Shown: positions 60,838-64,000 of the stretch, piece after piece
Position numbering within the stretch: position 1 is the stretch's first letter
Layout: each line of letters begins with the position of its first letter
NCBI RefSeq assembly: GCF_964213995.1
Contig: NC_135830.1
Coordinates: 11,966,001-12,030,000 of the forward strand
Origin: Mustelus asterias
Lineage: Eukaryota
Direction: 5' to 3'
DNA length: 64,000 nt
Notes under the pieces: generated by a model
Database searches by the model: none
The model's input: the letters and a program-made list of their open reading frames with translations, nothing else
Told to the model about the DNA's origin: nothing
Position numbers and translations under genes: made by a program

Positions 60838-61215
60838 TTATTCTTTCCTGGGATGTGGACACTGCTGGCAAAGCCCCAGCACACGTTGCTCATCTCCTAA
60901 TTGCCCTTGAACGGAGTGACTTGCTCAGCCATTTCAGAGGGGCAGTTAAGAGTCACCCACATCGCTGTGTGGGTCTGGATTCACATGTAGGCCAGACCGG
61001 GTAAGGATGGCAGATTTCCTTCCCGAATAGGGAGCATTAGTAGGGTGAACCGGATGGATTTTTAAAACAATTGATGATAGTTTCATGGTCACTGTTACTG
61101 AGACGAACTTTATATAATTCCAGAATGATTCACTGAATTCAAATCCCACCAGCTGCCTGTCCCCAGATCCTTTGCTGGGTCTCTGCATTACTCGGCCAGC
61201 GACATTCCCACCACC
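60838..61215 (-). mobile_element. SINE (second family)
   Basis: Similar to 18515-18900. Confidence 0.7.
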
Positions 61216-64000
61216 TCCCCCTGAATGGAATATTCCACACAACCCCTTCGTTAAACGGGAAGGAGAAAAGAGAGAGGCTTTGACCTTTGGATGACCTCAT
61301 CACCAACTACAGAAACCTTACAGCTGACCATTCTGTAAAAATTTTAAAACTTTATTCTTATAAAACACAGAGTAAGAAACAGGTGAAAAGTAACGATGGA
61401 CGTTGTGACTGACATCAGAAACATTGATTGACCGGATAAACACTCACTGCATCATAGAGCGATCCTCAACCATTGAAGAATTGACCCACAATAAGGAATG
61501 AGAGAGCCTTATAAAAAGGGGCAGGAGTTTACACAGAGAGGTGACACCCACAGCTGCTCAGGATGATGGAATTCAGTTCAGGAAGGGGATAAAGTGAGAA
61601 GCTTTTGTGATTCAAGGCAGAAGTATTGAACAATCTGGAATCAGTGCTTCTCGAGTTTGCTGACGAGCCGAACACTTCAATTAATCTCATCATAAAAACC
61701 CCCAGTGTAAATAACATGGATTTGACTGACAAATGTTGAAGTGTTGGTTTAGAGCCACAAGTTTCAACTTCCCATTTGAGCCTGGGGTACCTTTTTGTCT
61801 CTCTATTGCTCGTGTCAATGACAGCCAGGCGACGGAGCTGAGGGCAGCATTTAGCTGAGAATAATGGGGCCTGCGCCCCAGTTGGGAAACTGCCCTGGGC
61901 GTCGCACTAATAGAGAGAAAGGAAGGTGCTGGAGAACTGACTGGGAAATGGGCCTCCAACCAATCAGGGCACCGGAGGAGGTGACCAGGGCTGATGGTGA
62001 CCCCCCAGGGTTCAGTGTCCCTGTGTCCAAAGCGGGGTGTCACAGGAACAGGGGACAGAGGAGCTGAAGAAACACGATTTGTGTCCAGAACATTGTGAAC
62101 ATCCCTTTACTCTGGTTGTCTTTGATCCTCAAGTCATTTTCTGTTTGTTTTAACCATGTTCTGTTTCATTAATAAACTTTTATCAGTAAAAATATTTGAT
62201 TGTTCTGGACTTTTCCTGATGAGATTGATGCACTTTAGGGAAAGCGGGTGAGAGGGGTTGGCAGGCTCTTTAACAGAAAGTGAGTCCCTCAAAGGTAATT
62301 GGCAAAGGAGCCAGAGGGGGAGATGGGATTTTATTTTTGACACAGCGATGTTGGAAAATGGGGTTCAGGGAATCAATTAACCCTTTCTCCCCTTTTCCCA
62401 AACTCTGAAATGATTCCCAGTGATAACCCTTATTGGTGACAGTGGTTAGATTTTATTCAGTATCAATAAGAGCTGACACAGTCTAATGTCTGAGCAGTCG
62501 TATCAAAGTGCATCAGCATTACCATTACACTCTGGGTAGAAGCAGCATCTCCACGGAAATGCTCCCTGCTCTGCCCCAGATGCCATGGCACCAGTCAATG
62601 CAATATGTAAAACCTCGACTAATCTCTGTGCTCGGGGAATCCCTCCTTATACTTTGTTACATCACAATGTCTATGGAGACTGATTTCACCCAATCATTGC
62701 CCAGCTAACATTTGAACGGACCAATTACAAAACCCGTCATTGAACCATCTGTACCCGCACAAGCCACGTCAAACTCTAAAACCAATTGTCTTCCCACGCT
62801 CCGTCCCTGGTACAGGGAGTCAGCATTCCCATGCCAAACCGTGAAAACATGGTGGCCGTGACACCCAGGTGTCATCCAGGATTCAAGGCACTCCTGTTTT
62901 CTCTGTCCTCTGGGAGCTGTTTATCCCCCTGCTCCCACACAGCAAGTCGTCTGTTCTCAGCTCTGCTGGATCTCTGCTGACATTTGGCCCCTTTTACACC
63001 TTTCGGATCAATAAAACATTTGGTTAATGACCCAAACCACAACTTCCATCCTGTCACCTGTCAACCATCCTTACCCAGAGCGTAATCACAACAGGAATAA
63101 AAACAGGAGAAGTGTAACAATCAAGTTCAAAATCAATGCACAGCCAGTCATAGAATCTAATATAATGTTCACTAATTAGCAAGAAAACCCAAAGTTGGGG
63201 GTCCCCCAGGATTCTTACAGTCCACACCTTGAGGGGGGAGAACTCTCTCTCTGACCCCTCACTCAATTTCACTCCGTTATTTTCCAGTTCTGTTCTGGCC
63301 CCGCCTGGGGTAACACCTGGTTGATCTTGTCTTCCGAAAGAGCATCGTGAGTTCTAGGTTACTTGTACAAAAGGACAGATGCTTCAAGCAACAGATCAAG
63401 CATGGATGTAAAAGATTCTCCAGCTCTCTCTTTACCCCTATCCAACTTGTGGACAGTTCTTACTCAGTATTATTTCTCCCAAGCGGTTAATTGTCCTAAT
63501 CTATAATATGATCCATTTTACTGTAATTTTCCTCACTTTGTGAGCATGTGCAGTGTGTTTAATTGGATCCTGATTGTTTTGAACTCAGTTTCTCTCTGGA
63601 GTGTCAATGTCTTGATGATGTCACAATGTTGTCTCAATCCCCTGGCCACATGAACCATTTCATCTCCTGCTGTGTCTCAAGTAGCTGTGTGTGTTTGGGA
63701 CCCGCTCTTCACTCCATCTCACCATGAATTTAGGCTTGCTATTTTTCACATGTAACAAATCACATCTGCACACTCTGGTATCCCAAAATCATGTCACACA
63801 TTCTTAACTCTCAGATGCACGAGTGAAAAGATCAAAATGTGACTGTCTTTCTTATCTCCCCCTGTTATGGTGCTGATGTTTCATGTCGTGGCCGGGCTTT
63901 CAAATGTGGATTTCTTTAAAACAAAGTTCATGGACAAGGATGTAAATATCTCCCAGAGAAAGTGATCGACTTATTCATCCCATCGACACATTCCAGACTT

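Overview
Eukaryotic, cartilaginous-fish (shark-like) genomic DNA, judged from HE1/V-SINE, CR1 and Penelope repeat content and the expanded GPR139-like and C2H2-ZNF families; the species cannot be fixed from sequence alone. In order: (1) about 0.1-2.5 kb, a decayed tRNA-Val array of ~1.09-kb units, one inverted; (2) about 4.4-37.4 kb, a cluster of about 13 T-cell-receptor alpha/delta-type V segments in both orientations, most with recognisable 23-bp-spacer RSSs. Two look intact (26093-26557 +, 34781-35218 -), one is an intronless leader+V ORF (17468-17794), and the rest are pseudogenes broken by stops, frameshifts or SINE/Penelope insertions. No D, J or C segment was found. The cluster is interspersed with a near full-length nested CR1 LINE, Penelope-like elements carrying minimal hammerhead-ribozyme motifs, and a composite U2-snRNA-derived element; (3) a two-exon GPR139-like pseudogene; (4) an 8.9-kb epsilon-like endogenous retrovirus on the minus strand, with a tRNA-Ser PBS, a 2H-phosphoesterase-like domain between protease and RT, an in-frame pol-env fusion from an internal deletion, and mismatched LTRs/flanks; (5) a C2H2 zinc-finger (pseudo)gene and further repeats. 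All coordinates were read by eye; repeat boundaries are approximate.
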